Notes under the pieces: generated by a model | The model's database searches: none | What the model was told of the DNA's origin: nothing | What the model saw: only the letters and a program-made list of their open reading frames with translations | DNA from: the human T2T-CHM13v2.0 reference genome, Homo sapiens | Strand: one strand, 5' to 3' | NCBI RefSeq assembly: GCF_009914755.1 | Contig: NC_060926.1 | DNA: 64,000 bases | Part shown: piece after piece, positions 12,446 through 27,891 of the stretch | How the letters are laid out: every line of letters begins with the position of its first letter | Position numbering within the stretch: the first letter of the stretch is position 1 | Position numbers and translations under genes: made by a program

Positions 12446-13407
12446 TAGTCCATCTCTAAGATCATATGACTTTTTATCAGCAATAAGTAATACTATTTTC
12501 TGGCTTAAAAAAATTTTTTTTTTTGGAGGGCCACAGACAAGGAGGGGAAAAGAAAAGGCAATTCCAGTAGACTATCATGAGTCTGATGGCTTTTCACCAC
12601 TTTATCTTTCTTGGTTGCCTTCCTTACTCACTGCTCCTTTCCCTCCTTGTGTTTATTGTAAATCTTTACAGTAGCAATGACAAAATAATCAAATGGGTGG
12701 TAATTTTTTGGCTTCCAGTGTATTCATTTTGAAACTAAATATTTTGAAGGCTTTGAGAAACAGAGGAAGTCTACTTGTTGAAACACACCACACACTTTCC
12801 TTGCTGGCACTGAACCAGATGTTTAGGAACAGAATATACATAGCCTACTCAAAATGCAAAATGAAGCAAAATTATTTACAAAAGCATTTCAAAAGCAGAA
12901 CTCCACTCTCCATATAGGATCGGCAGAGCAGTTTAATTTTTTGAAAAGTAGAGGATGGGGTGAGAAGGACCCATAGTAATAAATAGTTTCACATTGGAAA
13001 TTGTGGGAAACATTTCATTTATATTCTGAGCTATTTCCCTCTCCTGTTTAACGTTTTATTTCAAATATTGGATAGTTTGAGGGACAATTTTTATGATATT
13101 TCTTTCTTTAAGAATGGTAATTTTATAGAACTTATAGACTGTGATCCTTTGAAAATACAGAAAAATTCAAAAACGTTTATGCATATATCTTTTTGGGACT
13201 TTACTGGTTTAGTGTAATTTTATTATTTGCAAAAAGTGATTTTCTGATTTTTTTCTTCTCTCTTTGTACTTGTTTATAGAATACTAAATCTTTTGACAAA
13301 AAAGACCTATTTGGAAAATAGTTTAAAATTTGGGAAAAATTCAAAATTTACTGTCACTTGTCAGCTACTCCCTTTGATCTCTAATATTTGTTGGTACTTA
13401 AAGGTGA

Positions 13408-13592
13408 GGGCTGGCAAACTCTTTTTGTAAAGGGCCAGATAGTATAAAATATGTTTTAGACTTTGTGGGCCATACAGTTTCTGTTACAGCTACTCAACCC
13501 TGCCATCATCGTGTGAAAGCAGCCAGAGACAATATGAACAAGAATAGGTGTGGCTGTGTTACAAAAACATTTGTTGGGCTGAATTTGGCTTG
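13408..13592 (-). mobile_element. MER58A
   Basis: gggctggcaaactctttttgtaaagggccagatagta...gaaagcagccagagacaatatg...gtggctgtgtt. Confidence 0.75.
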
Positions 13593-13707
13593 AGTGCCAT
13601 TCTCTAAGGAGTCAACATAATCCAGGGAAAATTATATGGACTTCATAATTAGTTTTGATAATCAGAATAACAGAAATAATTTCCAACATTTGCATGGTGA
13701 TTTACAG

Positions 13708-13741
13708 TTTTTGTTTGTTTGTTTGTTTGTTTGTTTGTTTG
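13708..13741. repeat. (TTTG)n microsatellite
   Basis: About 8 perfect units. Confidence 0.95.
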
Positions 13742-14831
13742 AGGATGTGGAACAGACATGATCATCACCATTTTTTCAATACGGAAACTTAGGTTCAGAG
13801 TGTTAATTAAGTGAGCTTGCTTTAGTTTCTTGGCAAGTCAGTTAGCTATGCCTAGAACCTAGATATCCTTATGCCATCTGTTTTCTTACCTACCTGGAGT
13901 CTGCCCATGATGTATAAGAGGGACAAGGTGAAGGACCTCATGGAGTTGTGTCTTGTGGGAAGGCTGGCTGGGATAACAGAGAGAGAGAAAGCAACTGAGA
14001 GTCCAGCATACCGGGGCTGAATCCTGGGGTAACATTGGCTCTATGTGCTCTTTGGGCCCAGCTCACCTCCTCCACACAGTGCAGGTCCTAATAGATATGT
14101 GGAGGTTGTTCTTTTACAGGCTTGTGGGATAATTCCTTCCTTCCTTCATGCTGCTTCTGTGTTGGTCTTCTGGTCTGTGATGAGGGTGAGTCTGGGCTTT
14201 CCAGGTGTGAAAGGCAGCAGGTATTTTCGCATGACTATTGAGCATGCAGTCTCTGTTCTTGAGTATTCAGTGGGAGAAATAATAAGTATAACTTCTGCTT
14301 AATGCAACTCTAAAAGTGAGGCCCAAATGAATATGGTATCCAAAGGAAGCACTCTGAGATTCTAGAAGAGCCCATTTTTATGGATAGTGATTTTGATATG
14401 GTTTAACAGAATAGTTACTTTAAATGGTACTTCCTATGAAGCAGGTTTCTAATGATAATGACTTTTTTTTTTTTTGAGCTCAGCCTTGCTGTTTGCCCCA
14501 CCCCTGCCTTTTTAAAAATGGAAACCTATCCCTTGTTGGGTGGGCTGCAGGTTCACCGTTGTTGTTTTAAAGGATTCTTAACATTTTATAGGGCTAAAAT
14601 GCAGATGACCTTCTGGGATTTTTAAATTGTTTATAAAGCCTTAAGTTCCTCTGACAAGAAGAACATATAAATTCGTGTCACAACTAGAATATTTCAAACA
14701 CAGTAATACTGTCACTTGGTATAACTTATTTGTGGAGACATTGAAAAGCAGTCATGATGGTCAAAATAACACATTTGGTTTATGTGAATCTAAAGACTCA
14801 TGTTCTATTAGCACCAATTGAATAATTATAA

Positions 14832-15171
<340 letters not shown>

Positions 15172-16655
15172 TAAAAAGTATGTTCTCATACATTATTTCA
15201 TTTGATGCTTACTGCCTCTTCGGCATATGGTACTATCCATAATTGGCAAATATGAGCCCTGTTGCTTTACTGGCTTCATTAAAGGTGGTTTCAGCCAGGT
15301 TTTCTTATCCTAGAGTCACAATACCTCTGGCTCTCCCATGTTGCCTCCTATGACCATATATTAAGTGACTATGTATAAAACATGGTAGTAGATTTTCTAA
15401 GATAAGCAAATCATAAAGCTGCCTTCTAACAGCTTATACTTTGAGGAAGAGATGAAGGGTATATGTAAATAACCCTAAATTAAGGTAGAGAGCTGCTAGC
15501 AGGCGCCCAGAGAAGGGAAATACCACTTCTAGCTGAGGGAGGATGCTTAGAGAGAAAAGAGATGGCATGCAGCTTTTATGTTTAGTTCACCTTGCTGTCC
15601 CTGCCTAGAAAGCGTGTTGTATCATGGTGAGGGGCTGAGTAGATAAATGCAGATGGCCTGATTGTGGACTGAAGGGAGACGTGGAACTTGAAACATTGGT
15701 AAGTTCCAAAGTAAAGATGCATGGGGGAGTAGAGGGAAGAGAGAAGCAAAGTTGACATGGGAAAGAAGAATTTACCCCCCTAGAATTGGGCATGGAGATG
15801 TGAAAGCAGAGGTGGTTTCTGGGAATTGGGAATAGTTTCACTTAAATGTGGGACACATGAAAGGTAATAATGGTAGATGACAGGTTGGGAAGGCAGATTG
15901 GTGCAAGGCTGTGGAACACCTTGAATTTCAAGCTTAGGCATTTGGATTTTACTCTTTGAGAATTTACTAAAGTTCTCTGAAAGAAGTTGATACTTGTCAT
16001 TTTGAAGAAGAGAGAAGTGCTTTCAGTTTTTTAGCTAGGAAACTCATGTTTTAAGAGGCTAAATAAGTTTCTGAATGAATGACAACCTCTGGCATCCTGT
16101 AGCTGTTCTGGGGCTTGTCTGATGCTCTGCACTGAAAATCGCCTTGGAGATTTCACAAAACCGACCTAATACTGTGGTGCTGGGATGAAGAGCAGAAGCA
16201 GTTCGTGCTGCTAAGCTGACTGTGTAGGTTCTCCTCACAAGGAGGGAAGAAAATTTTCTCTCGTTAAGGCATTAAATAATCTGACATAACTGCTTAAGAG
16301 GGGCAAGCATATGGAGTTTTTTCTGGAAACTTAGTTCAGTCACTGAGTTTCTCATCCTTTGCCATTCGTCATTGTTTGGACTCCTTAATGTTTGTCTCAC
16401 ACAGAAACCAATGAAAATGCCATCGTGTCTCCCTTTCACTGGAGAATGTATTTTCCCATTAATACATTGTGCAGGTATATCTCAGGTTTTAAAAGATGTT
16501 TCAATACAATAGTAAAAGAAAGTGGTTGCTTTTCCTCCAGGCAATTTAGAATGCCTAAGAACTTATCAAAGAAACCACTTCCACATACATTTAGCTATAT
16601 CAAAGAATTTTATTTTCTAATACTGAATAAATGTCATAATGTAGAGCATTTTCCT

Positions 16656-16978
<323 letters not shown>

Positions 16979-17157
16979 TTTTCCTTTTTATTTTATTTAA
17001 GCTGTAGACCACCTTTAAAAGGCTAGTATTAGGAACAGTTATTCATTTAACGTGCATTTATTGAGCACATACTATGTGCCAGGTATGGGGGTTCAGGCAA
17101 TAGCAGTGCACTAAATAAAAGTCCTTGCCCTCCTCCGGCATTACAAAAACAGTGTGG

Positions 17158-17480
17158 CTACAACGTGGATGAACCTCAAAGATGCTAAGTCAAATAAACC
17201 AGTCACAAAAAACCAAATACAGTATGAGTCCATTTATATGAGATGCCTAAAGTAGTCAAGTTCAAAGAGAAAGTAGAATGGTGGTTGCCAGGGGTCACCC
17301 GGGTGGAATGGGGAGTTGTTTAATGGGTATAGAGTTTCAATTTTGCAAAATGAAAAAGTTCTGGAGATTTGATACAGAATAATGTGAACGTACTTAGCAC
17401 TCCTGAACCACAGCACTTAAGAATAGTAAAGATGGTACATATTACATGTATTTTACCACAATTATAAAAACACATTTTAA
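17158..17480 (+). mobile_element. Old L1M (L1MB-like) 3' end, flanked by L2-like remnants
   Basis: ggatgaacctcaa...ccatttatatgaga...agtagaatggtggttgccagggg...tgaaaaagttctggagat. Confidence 0.7.
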
Positions 17481-18013
17481 AAATATAGTATATGTGTACA
17501 CTACTGTCAAATAGATATTACCAAAAATATACTGTAAGAAACGTATATGAACTAATGTCAGGAAGTGATAGACACTCTGAGGGAAAACAAAGCTGAGAAG
17601 GGGGATGGAGAATGGGGAGTGTTGGTGGAAGGCGTGGTTGCTATTTTAGAGAGCTCAGGGAATGCAGGGCTGTCTGATGAGATAACATTGGAGCAGGGAC
17701 CTGATGAAGTGGTGATGAGTGTTGTGAGGAAACATCGCTTACATTGTCATCAGACTCTGACCCTGCTTTTTATTTTGTCTAAACCGTGGAGCACCCCCCA
17801 AAAAGGCTGACATTTGGAGCATTCTTCCAGACTTTTCCTATCTCCCATCTTGAGTTTGGGTTCATCGACCTGCTTTGTATCAGGGAATCAAATTAATATC
17901 TGCAGATAAAGAGCCTTATACACAGAGGAAAGAGGCAACCAATTCTTGTTCTTTGGGTGAAAAAAAGGATACAGTCCTGGAATTCTTGCAGGAGTCTTGG
18001 TGATTTATAATAA

Positions 18014-18372
<359 letters not shown>

Positions 18373-21300
18373 CTTTCTTCAGCATTCTTTTATGGAGGGC
18401 AGATCACATGAGTTTGGTATGGAGCTTGCTTTTAATTAAGGGAAATAAAATTGGTTCTTGCTTGTGAGTGGTGTAGAGGGTGCGTGGTGGTGGTGGGCAG
18501 AGGGCAGGAGGACCCTGGGTAGACGAAGGGGTGCGTGGAAAGGTGATTCCATGGGTTACTTGGAACAAGAAGGGCAATAGGTTGACCTTAAGAGCCAGAA
18601 TCAGGAGGGAATAAGGTCCTTTTGGTTGAAGAGGAAGACAACTGAGGCAGAGAAGGGCAGTGGGGCGGGGGGCAGAGTGGTTGTATAAGAACATATGTCT
18701 GTAGCCAGGACAGTTTTTTAAAAATTAAGCTTAACTAAAAGAGGGGTCCGTGGTTTGCCAGATCTGTGAGAAAGGCACATGTGATAGATTGCTCCTTTTA
18801 AGCCATTCCTGGCCTGTATCTTGGGAGTGGATGGGGCTCCTTGAAAGGGTTGTGCTAGGCCAGCCTGGAATAAATAACCTTTCAAAATTCCTTGGGGTCT
18901 GTAACACAATGTCACAAAGTGTGTATTCTTTCCTAGGCTGTCGGCTTGAGCATACGGAGTGATCTTTGGAAAAGTCTAAACTGCTTAGCATAGCATGCAG
19001 GGCCCTGCTGCCTGGCTCCACGGCATTCACTTTGGCCCTGCCCCTTCTTCCACCCCAATCCTCTACTTCTGCCAAACTGAGCCTCCAGGGATACCAAAGG
19101 TCCCCAAGTGCTCCGGGGTGTCTTGTGCTCCTGTGTCTCTGTGCACACTGCTCTCTCTGCCTGGAGGGTACATTTCCCTACCCATTCTGCTTGGGCAATC
19201 ACCCACTTCTTTTTCAAGACTCAGCCAAGTGACGATCATGCTACAGAGCCTCATTTCCCTTATTTGTTGACTTGCCTGTTTCTTCCACTACACTCTAAAC
19301 TGATTGGGAACAAAGACTTGTCCACTCCATCTTGGCACCTCCAGTGCCAGCACAGTGCCTCGCTTTGGAGATGCTGAATGCATTTTTGTTGACAATAAAT
19401 TGTTTATGCGGCTGCCTGGGCTGTGAGGTGTACACAGAATTTACCTGATACAGCTTCATCATTAGTTCTCAGGCAAGTAAAATCACAGAAGTAAAATAAT
19501 TAACTGAGAAGACTATGTTAGAGTTTAGGGGCATAGGAAATAGGATATTCCACTGACCACAAGATGCATGAAAAAGGACACCCTGGTAGCAATTTACATG
19601 GAGCTTTAAGTTTTTAACACTGACTTCACTGTACTTTCTACTCATGGGCAAAGTGCAATTAGATTTCCATACCTTTAGTACAGCTGTTCCTGCTGCACAG
19701 AATTCCTGCTCCCGCTCTTGCATCCATGTAAATACTGACAGTCTTTTACGGAAGAACCTTAAGTTCCATTTCAAACAGTTCTGCCTGTGCTGTTTTTTGT
19801 TGTTTTTTTTTTTTTTCTTTCCTATTATACCTCTAGTCATTACTATGTCATTTGACACTTGGTTGTCTAGCTTCAGGTATATTGACTGGCTCCAGGACCC
19901 GGGGTTGGTAATCTCACCTCTCTCATTCTTGACTTCCCTGCATGTAAAACAAATCATATGATATCCTAACCTTCCTTGGAGGGCTATTCTGAGGCTCACA
20001 AGAAGTGGCAGACTGAAGGTGCATATGGACTCCTTGGATTGACTGGAAGACCTTTGTCTCTTTCTGAAGATGACAAGTCCTTTTCTTAATTCTCAAACTC
20101 CATCTCGTGTGCTGTGGGGTAGAGGCGTTGAGAGAGAGTGTGCTTATGTCTCCTGGAGCTTGGTGCTCCCTGTGCACCCCAGAGACAGTGGTTGCTTTAT
20201 TTACTGATCCTAACAGCACAATAGCATCAAGAAGGATATAGAAGGACAATTTCTTTACCCCTTCACTTTGGTGCTCCGGTAGGAGCGCACAGAAGGTTCT
20301 GTACTTGTTTACACTTAAGCTTGCTGTGGGTAGGTTAGACCTTGCACAAAAATAATATCAGGCTTCAATATCATATGGCCAAGACAATATTGTAGCACCA
20401 TGTCCTCTCTGCCTTGGATCGTGCTTCTTCTTGAGTTCACTTGCTTACACAGGAAGCTGTTGCATGTTGCCAAGCCTTCTGGCAAGGGTAAAAGCATTTA
20501 AACAGTGTAATACATTTTGGAACCAAAAGCTGTGGTCAGGAGGAAAAGTAATCATCTTGAGTAGATGGGGGCATCTCCAGTGATGTATGATTATAACATT
20601 TGATCCTACTTTGTGCTATTCAGTTTGCTGTTGGTTGTGTAACTTACCTCTGGGCTCCTAGGTTAGAGTAAATTTAAGGAAGCTGGACTTAAAATAGATA
20701 TTTGTAATCACATTTATGCGATGCAGTATATATACCTGCACCATTTATTGGCATATGAGTTGATCTCAATTTTGCATCTGTAGTATAAAAGTCAAGTATT
20801 TGTACCAACTTTTAACTATCAAGAGGTGTGTATATGGGTGTATGTAAATATGTATTTCCAGGTGGAGAAAGAATAATTAATTTGTCTATTGTTGGAAAGC
20901 TTCCTGGAACTAACATCACAAATGATGTGAAAATGTTTTTGAGGTCAGCCACATAGTCATCTTCATGCTAAGCAGTCCAGGAAAATAAAATAACTACCAA
21001 ATGGAGAAGGATAAAGTTAGTGAGCATTTTAAGATTCATTCTCCAAATTTATATCATAAAGAAAGAAAATAAGAAGAGTCAGATGCCCTTCCATTGCCAA
21101 TTTAATGTGATACTGTCATTGATATACTTATTAAAACTTGATTTTCTATTTAGTTGAAGGGTATGGGCCTAAGGAATGGTTTACTGTTCAACCTCATTAT
21201 CTTGAATTTAGACTCATGCAATACTTACTGAAAGACTGGCATGACTGAGTGTTGGCTTTTCCTAAGATTTGGTTGGGGAGAAAAAAAAAAACTTTATGCA

Positions 21301-22559
21301 ATACTGAGAGATTTCGTTACTCTGAGACCAAACTTCATTCAGATGCCCATCAGCTTCAATAAGAATTGGTCTGGATTATGGGGACTTTATAAGTTTTCCT
21401 AGTGTAGAGATTCAGCCCAATTTTCATCAGATTCTCCCTAGAAGAGGTAAAAGGAAAACTTGTTGTTAGAGTTTACTACAGTGAGGAAAGCAGACCACTG
21501 CCCTTCTCCTGGCAAGTTAGGAAGTATCCTAGAGCATTCTTAGCTAAAGTCTTATTTAGCAAGATTAGAATATGTCACTTTTCGCCACTGCATTGTCCTT
21601 TTCTGAAGAAAGGATGATTTATGAGTCCTCTGGATCTTCTTGTATTAATAACATCTTGAGCCAGCTGTTTTATTGGGTGTACACAGAGGGTAATTAGAAA
21701 CATCTGAGAATCCCATAGCGTGCCCAGAAAACCATGACGCTGTGTGGAAATGAAAAAAAATAACATTAATGCCAAAATTGTGTACTTGGTAAATAGATGA
21801 ATAAGTATTCAACAAAATTTCCTTTGTATTATACCATTTTCCAAAAAGAAGCTAAAGTCTAAAGGCTGAAAATATCCTTTTATTGAAATACACTCACTGC
21901 AGAAATCATAACCTTATTTGGTAAAAGCCTACTGACTCTGCTGTTCATACAGTAATTATCATTTCCCTTCTGTCAAAGTCTATCATATTTTGGACCATTT
22001 TGTGCCAGAAGAAGTATTTCTTCTTTTTACCTGGCAGTTACTTGAAAATTTTAGACTTCTGAAGGATCTCATTTAAGGAAATTAACTCTTAAAAGCACTA
22101 AAAGGACTAATAGTGTCCAATTTACGTAATAGTCTATCCTAAAAATCGGGTTGGGATGTAGGAGTTTGGGCTCTATTTCAGCTGGTTATTTGAAATTTGA
22201 TCTGCTGCAGTGGTGGCTGAGTTTGAAGTATTTGTGGATGCAGCAGCAACAGCCACTAAGTTCTTGGGGCTTGATTTAAATCAGGCACTGCTCTTCTTAC
22301 TCTCAAGACAAAATCTAGACAAGAAAACCTAACAATTTGGTGGTGGCTTGTGAATGGTTCCTTTCATTTTCATTCACAAATAACAAGCCCCTATGAGAAG
22401 TCAATGTTGAGTCACACAGACATAGCCCAGGCAGACATGGGCAGAGCGGAGGGTGGAAGCCTCCAGTGTCTTTCCAGCCTGTCTTGCTTTGCATGTCCCT
22501 ATTCAGTATGCCATTTTTATTCTCTTTAATTGTTTTGAATGGATTCCTCATTGATCACA

Positions 22560-22945
22560 TGTATTAGTCCATTCTTGCATTGCTGTTAAAAACTACCTGA
22601 GACTGGGTAGGTTTCAAAGAAGAGGTTTAAGGAACTCACAGTTCCGCAAGCTGTACAGGAAGCATGGTTGGGGAGGCCTCAGGAAGCTTACAATCATGGT
22701 GGAAGGCAAAGGGGAAGCAGGCACATCTTACATGGTTGGAGAAGGAGGAGAGAGTGAAATGGGAGATGCTACACACTTTTAAACAACCAGATCTTGTGAG
22801 AACTCATTGTCACAAGAACAGCAAGGGAAAGTTCGCCCCCATGATCCAATCACCTCCCACCAGGCCCCTCCTGGGCCCGGGGATTACACTGGGGATTACA
22901 ATTTTATATGAGATTTGGGTGGGAACACAAATCCAAACTATATCA
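22560..22945 (-). mobile_element. MSTA-type MaLR solo LTR
   Basis: Termini tgtattagtcc...ccaaactatatca; 5-bp TSD tcaca/ttaca. Confidence 0.85.
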
Positions 22946-23119
22946 TTACAGAGATGAAGTTGTAGCTAATTGTGTGTTTTGCTAGAGGTTATCAGTGACT
23001 TAATGAAGCCCCTGGAAGGAGAAGTGGATTCACCTGTGTAAAAATGTTTACAGGGTAGGATATAATTAGTAACTCAGAAATGTGACTTCAAATGCCTGCC
23101 TTCTTCAATCCCTAAATCA

Positions 23120-23478
23120 GAGATTCTCAGTACTGGTAATATTATACAACAGAATCTAGGAATGCTCAAAAGGTACAGATGCCCAGCCTGCACCCCAGGG
23201 TCTCTAAATCAGAATTTCTCAGTGTGCTTTGGATATGTGTATTTTGAAAACAAATAATGTAGGCAATTGTTATACTTAGCTTTGGTGGAGAACCAATAGT
23301 CTAAACCAGTGCTTATTACCCTTTAATGTCCGTAGGAGTCATTATGGATCTTATTAAATGCAGATTCTGATTCAGAATCAGAATTCTGGGTAGAGCCTGA
23401 GATTCTGCATTTCTACCACATGCTCTGAGGATGCTGTGCTGCCCACCTGTGGATCACTCTGTGAGTTGTAAAGGTCTA
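23120..23478. mobile_element. Two adjacent MER5-family (hAT-Charlie) elements
   Basis: MER5 motifs cagatgcccagcctgcacccc...aatcagaat and aaatgcagattctgattcag...gcctgagattctgcatttcta. Confidence 0.6.
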
Positions 23479-24356
23479 AACTATTATTAATCCACTCTGA
23501 TAAAGCTATGTCATCAATTAATGATGTTTATTATTGAGCTCTTAAATGAGCCTGATACTATATTAGGAAATGATTTATAAATGCCAAAAGAGACTCAACC
23601 ATATCATCAAATATGTTAACCTTTTTCAAATCTCCTACCTCAGGTCCTGCTCCTGTGAGGGCTGAGGTTTCCTCATTCTGCGAGGCAGCGTCTCAGGCAG
23701 AGTCCTACCAGGATGGCTTAAGCCTGTGGAAAACTCATGCATGATTGCCATATGAAATGCCGGGAGGGCAGGCTGCCTTCTTAATTCATCCTACCATTTC
23801 AGCTCACTCCAGTCTGCCTTGTCTTCAGAATTTTTCAGGGGATGGTGAGAAAGTGTTTTTGTTCACATGTCCCCTAAATTCCAAGGGATATGTGTCAAGC
23901 CCTCCAAAGAATTTTCACCTTTTTTGCTCCAGTGGAACAGACTTGGTTTCTGCAAGCACAGCCAGCGTCCCAGGAAGTGAAATAACAGATACTGCCTTTT
24001 GTCTTCAGCTTTGGGATGTAGCCCAAATCCCATAACAGGAGTTCAATTCCATAGTCTGCACAATATCTCAGCAAAACATTACCAGCTGCCAATAGTGTGG
24101 TGGTCTTATCTGCAAGGATGATACTCTTGGTTTACTAGTAATAGGACAGATATTTCGTTGTCTTTCCAGGAAGGTGGAAGGGGAGATATATTTGCGTAGG
24201 TCCATCCTTATTCTTGTTAAGCCCTACTTGGGATTGATGTTAAGCATTTTGACGATATTTGAGGATACCATCTTTAATTTGAGACAAGAGAAGCTACACT
24301 TGAATTAATTGAATGATATCAATTAGTTTAAACCTGTCATGTAGCCATCATTCTTT

Positions 24357-24404
24357 CTGATAACATATGTTCTCTATGCTGATAACATACGTTCTCTATG
24401 CTGA
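24357..24404. repeat. 22-bp tandem duplication
   Basis: ctgataacataYgttctctatg x2, then ctga. Confidence 0.9.
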
Positions 24405-24786
24405 ACTTGCCTACCTGAATTGTCCAGATTTGACTTATGAACATGATACTTGAGAGTACTTTGAGCACAGAGTTGAATTAATAGAAAATAACATAGAGTG
24501 AAGATGAATTCATTCACTGGTATCACAAAATTGCAACTTTCCCTTCTGTGTGTCATCAAAACCTCATTACATTTCCTTCACCTCACTCTGGCCTCTCCTC
24601 TTTCCCACATGGTCTACTAATACCTAGCTTCTTTCTCTTATTCCCCATCTCCAATTCTCTTATTTCACTTGCACCCATCAGGCATATCCTTAGCTGGGTG
24701 CTCACTTAGCTCACTCTGTTACTCTGAAATATTTGGTTCACACTCATAATGCAGAAGTGAGGTGGAAAAACTGTTTGTCTGTCAAA

Positions 24787-25409
<623 letters not shown>

Positions 25410-26694
25410 CTATTTTGTCCAGGTCCTTGGAAAACCCTCCCTCTTAATCTCAAGATTGTTCTGTAGATGAAATCTCTAGCCTTCTGTCACAAATGTCTTC
25501 CTTTGATGATGGTGCCAGAGCAAACCCACAGCTTGCCTTTCAGCTGTCCTTGCACATGTGTTGACCTAGTCAACTGGACCCAGGCTCCTAGAGGCTTGAT
25601 TTACATTTGATAATTTGTATGAGATGATCACATTGGATTTTAGAGGGTGCAAGGATTGAGATGGTTTGGGATGTGATGGGCCTTCATTCTGAAGATTCTC
25701 TGGAAACTGAAACAAGAAATGACAAATGGGAAACCGTTTAGCACAGGAGGCATTTTTTTTGCACGTCTCAGAAGTGATCGTATAACAGAAACTGCTTTTC
25801 AGCACTGACCATTGCTACTGTGGATGCTCATTTGCAATGTGTCTGAGCTATGGCTGTTGGAAAAGGAGGGAATTCTGAGTGTGTTTATTTGAACGATAGC
25901 ATCATCACACTTTCAAATAAACATAACACCTTGGGAGGGTATGGGTTTGTTATTTCTAACCCAAACATCTTTACACATGCCCTTTGAAGGATCATTTTGC
26001 CAAGTTTGAAAGAAAAAACTATTCAAGCATTAAAAGTCTGACATATTATTTAACTCATTGAAAAAAGAAAAACCTCTTTGGGGCCAAAACACTCTAGGTC
26101 AGCTGGACAACAATGTGTATCACGTTTTTAAAGCATTCACTTTTGGACCAAGAAATGGCCCTAGGGAGCAAGTAAAAGACATTGCCCTCACCTGCATATA
26201 AAGTCATATAGCAGTCTTCCGTTATGTTTTGGTCATCTTGCCTGGGAGACTTGGAATTTTCACAGTTATTTCTTTTGTGCTTTTTTACTTGAATGAAATG
26301 CCTGTTCTTAATTCCCTCGGTGTGTAGGGGGGTTATATTTTATTGCTTATCTTCATGAGACCCCCCAAACCCATAATTTACATGACTGATTTTTTCCCCA
26401 ATTGTATCATTTTTTAGTTGTAAAATATACATAACACAAAATTTATTATTTAAGCTGTTTTTAAATGTATGTTTTAATGGCATTGAGTATATTCATAATT
26501 TTGTTCAGCCATCATCACTATCCATATAATAACTTTTCATCATCTCTAACAGAAACTATACCCATTAAGTAAAAATTCCCCATTCCTTTCTCCCCTAGCC
26601 TCTGGTCACCCCTGTTCTACTTTCTGTCTCTATGAATTTGAGTATTTTAGAGACTTACTATTTGTCCTTTTGTGACTAGCTTATTTCACTTACT

Positions 26695-27056
26695 TTGCTT
26701 TCTTTTCTTTTTTCTTTTTTCTTTTTCTTTTTTTTTTTTTTTTTTTTTTTTTTGAGACAGAGTCTCGCTCTGTTGCCCAGGCTGGAGTGCAGTGGCAACC
26801 TCCACCTGGGAGGCGGAGGTTGGCTCACTGCAACCTCCACCTCCCAGGTTCAAACGATTCTCTTGCCTCAGCCTCCCAAGTAGCTGGGATTACAGGCGTG
26901 CGCCACCATGCCTGGCTAATTTTTAAAAATGTTTTTAGTAGAGGCACGGTTTCACCATGTTGGCCAGGCTGGGCTCAAATTCCTGTCCTCAAGTGATCCA
27001 TCTGCCTCAGCCTCCCAAAGTGCTGGGATTACAGGCGTGAACCACCACACCTGGTC
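26695..27056 (-). mobile_element. AluS with internal fold-back insertion
   Basis: TSD tcacttact; non-consensus insert 26797-26821. Confidence 0.92.
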
Positions 27057-27464
27057 TCACTTACTGTGTTTTCAAGGTTCATTCATACTGTAGCATGTTT
27101 TCTTTTTAAGGCTGAATGCAGTTCCGTTATTTGCATACACTACCTTTTGTTTATGCATTCATCTGTCGATGTATATATTTAGGTTGTTTCTACCTTTTTG
27201 CTATTGAAAATAATGTTGCTATGAGCCCTGATGTATAAGTATCTGTTTGAGTTCCTGCTTTGAATTTTTTGGTGCATATACCTAGAAGTGGAATTTCTGG
27301 GTCAGGTGATAATTCTCTGTTTAACATTTTGAGGAGCTGCCAAACTGTTTTCCACAGAGGCTGTGCCATTTTATATTCCCACCAGCAGTGTGTGAGGGTT
27401 CCATTTTCTCTACATCCTTGACAACACTTATTTTCCCATTCTTTTATTGTGCTTCAGCTTACCC

Positions 27465-27835
27465 TTTTTTTTTGTATTTTATTTTATTTTTCTTCCCATA
27501 GGTTATTGGGGTACAGGTGGTATTTGGTTGCACGAGTAAGTTCTTTATGGTGATTTGTGAGATTTTGGTGCACCCATCACCCGAGCAGCATATTCTGTAC
27601 CCTATTTGTAGTCTTTCATCCCTTGCCCCACTCCCACCCTTCCCTCTAAGTCTCTAAAGTCCATTGTATTATTCTTATGCCTTTGTGTCCTCATAGCTTA
27701 GCTCCCACATATCAGTGAAAACATACGATGTTTGGTTTTCCATTCCTGCGTCACTTCACATAGAATAATAGTCTCCAGTCTCATCTATGTGGCAAATGCC
27801 ATTAATTCCATCCTTTTTATGGCTGAGTAGTATTC

Positions 27836-27891
<56 letters not shown>

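Noticed and set aside
18474-18675. G-rich tract as a G-quadruplex element
   Set aside because: Irregular G-runs with long loops and no other support.
19469-19999. 176-aa ORF on the - strand
   Set aside because: No recognisable domain, a poly-K run from a T tract, a non-ATG start and no splice support; likely chance.
23366-23384. Near-palindrome ttctgattcagaatcagaa
   Set aside because: Lies in a MER5-family element, which is intrinsically quasi-palindromic.
27446-27464. Short extra sequence beyond the L1PB tail as a 3' transduction
   Set aside because: Under 20 bp, and the TSD is too degenerate to define boundaries.
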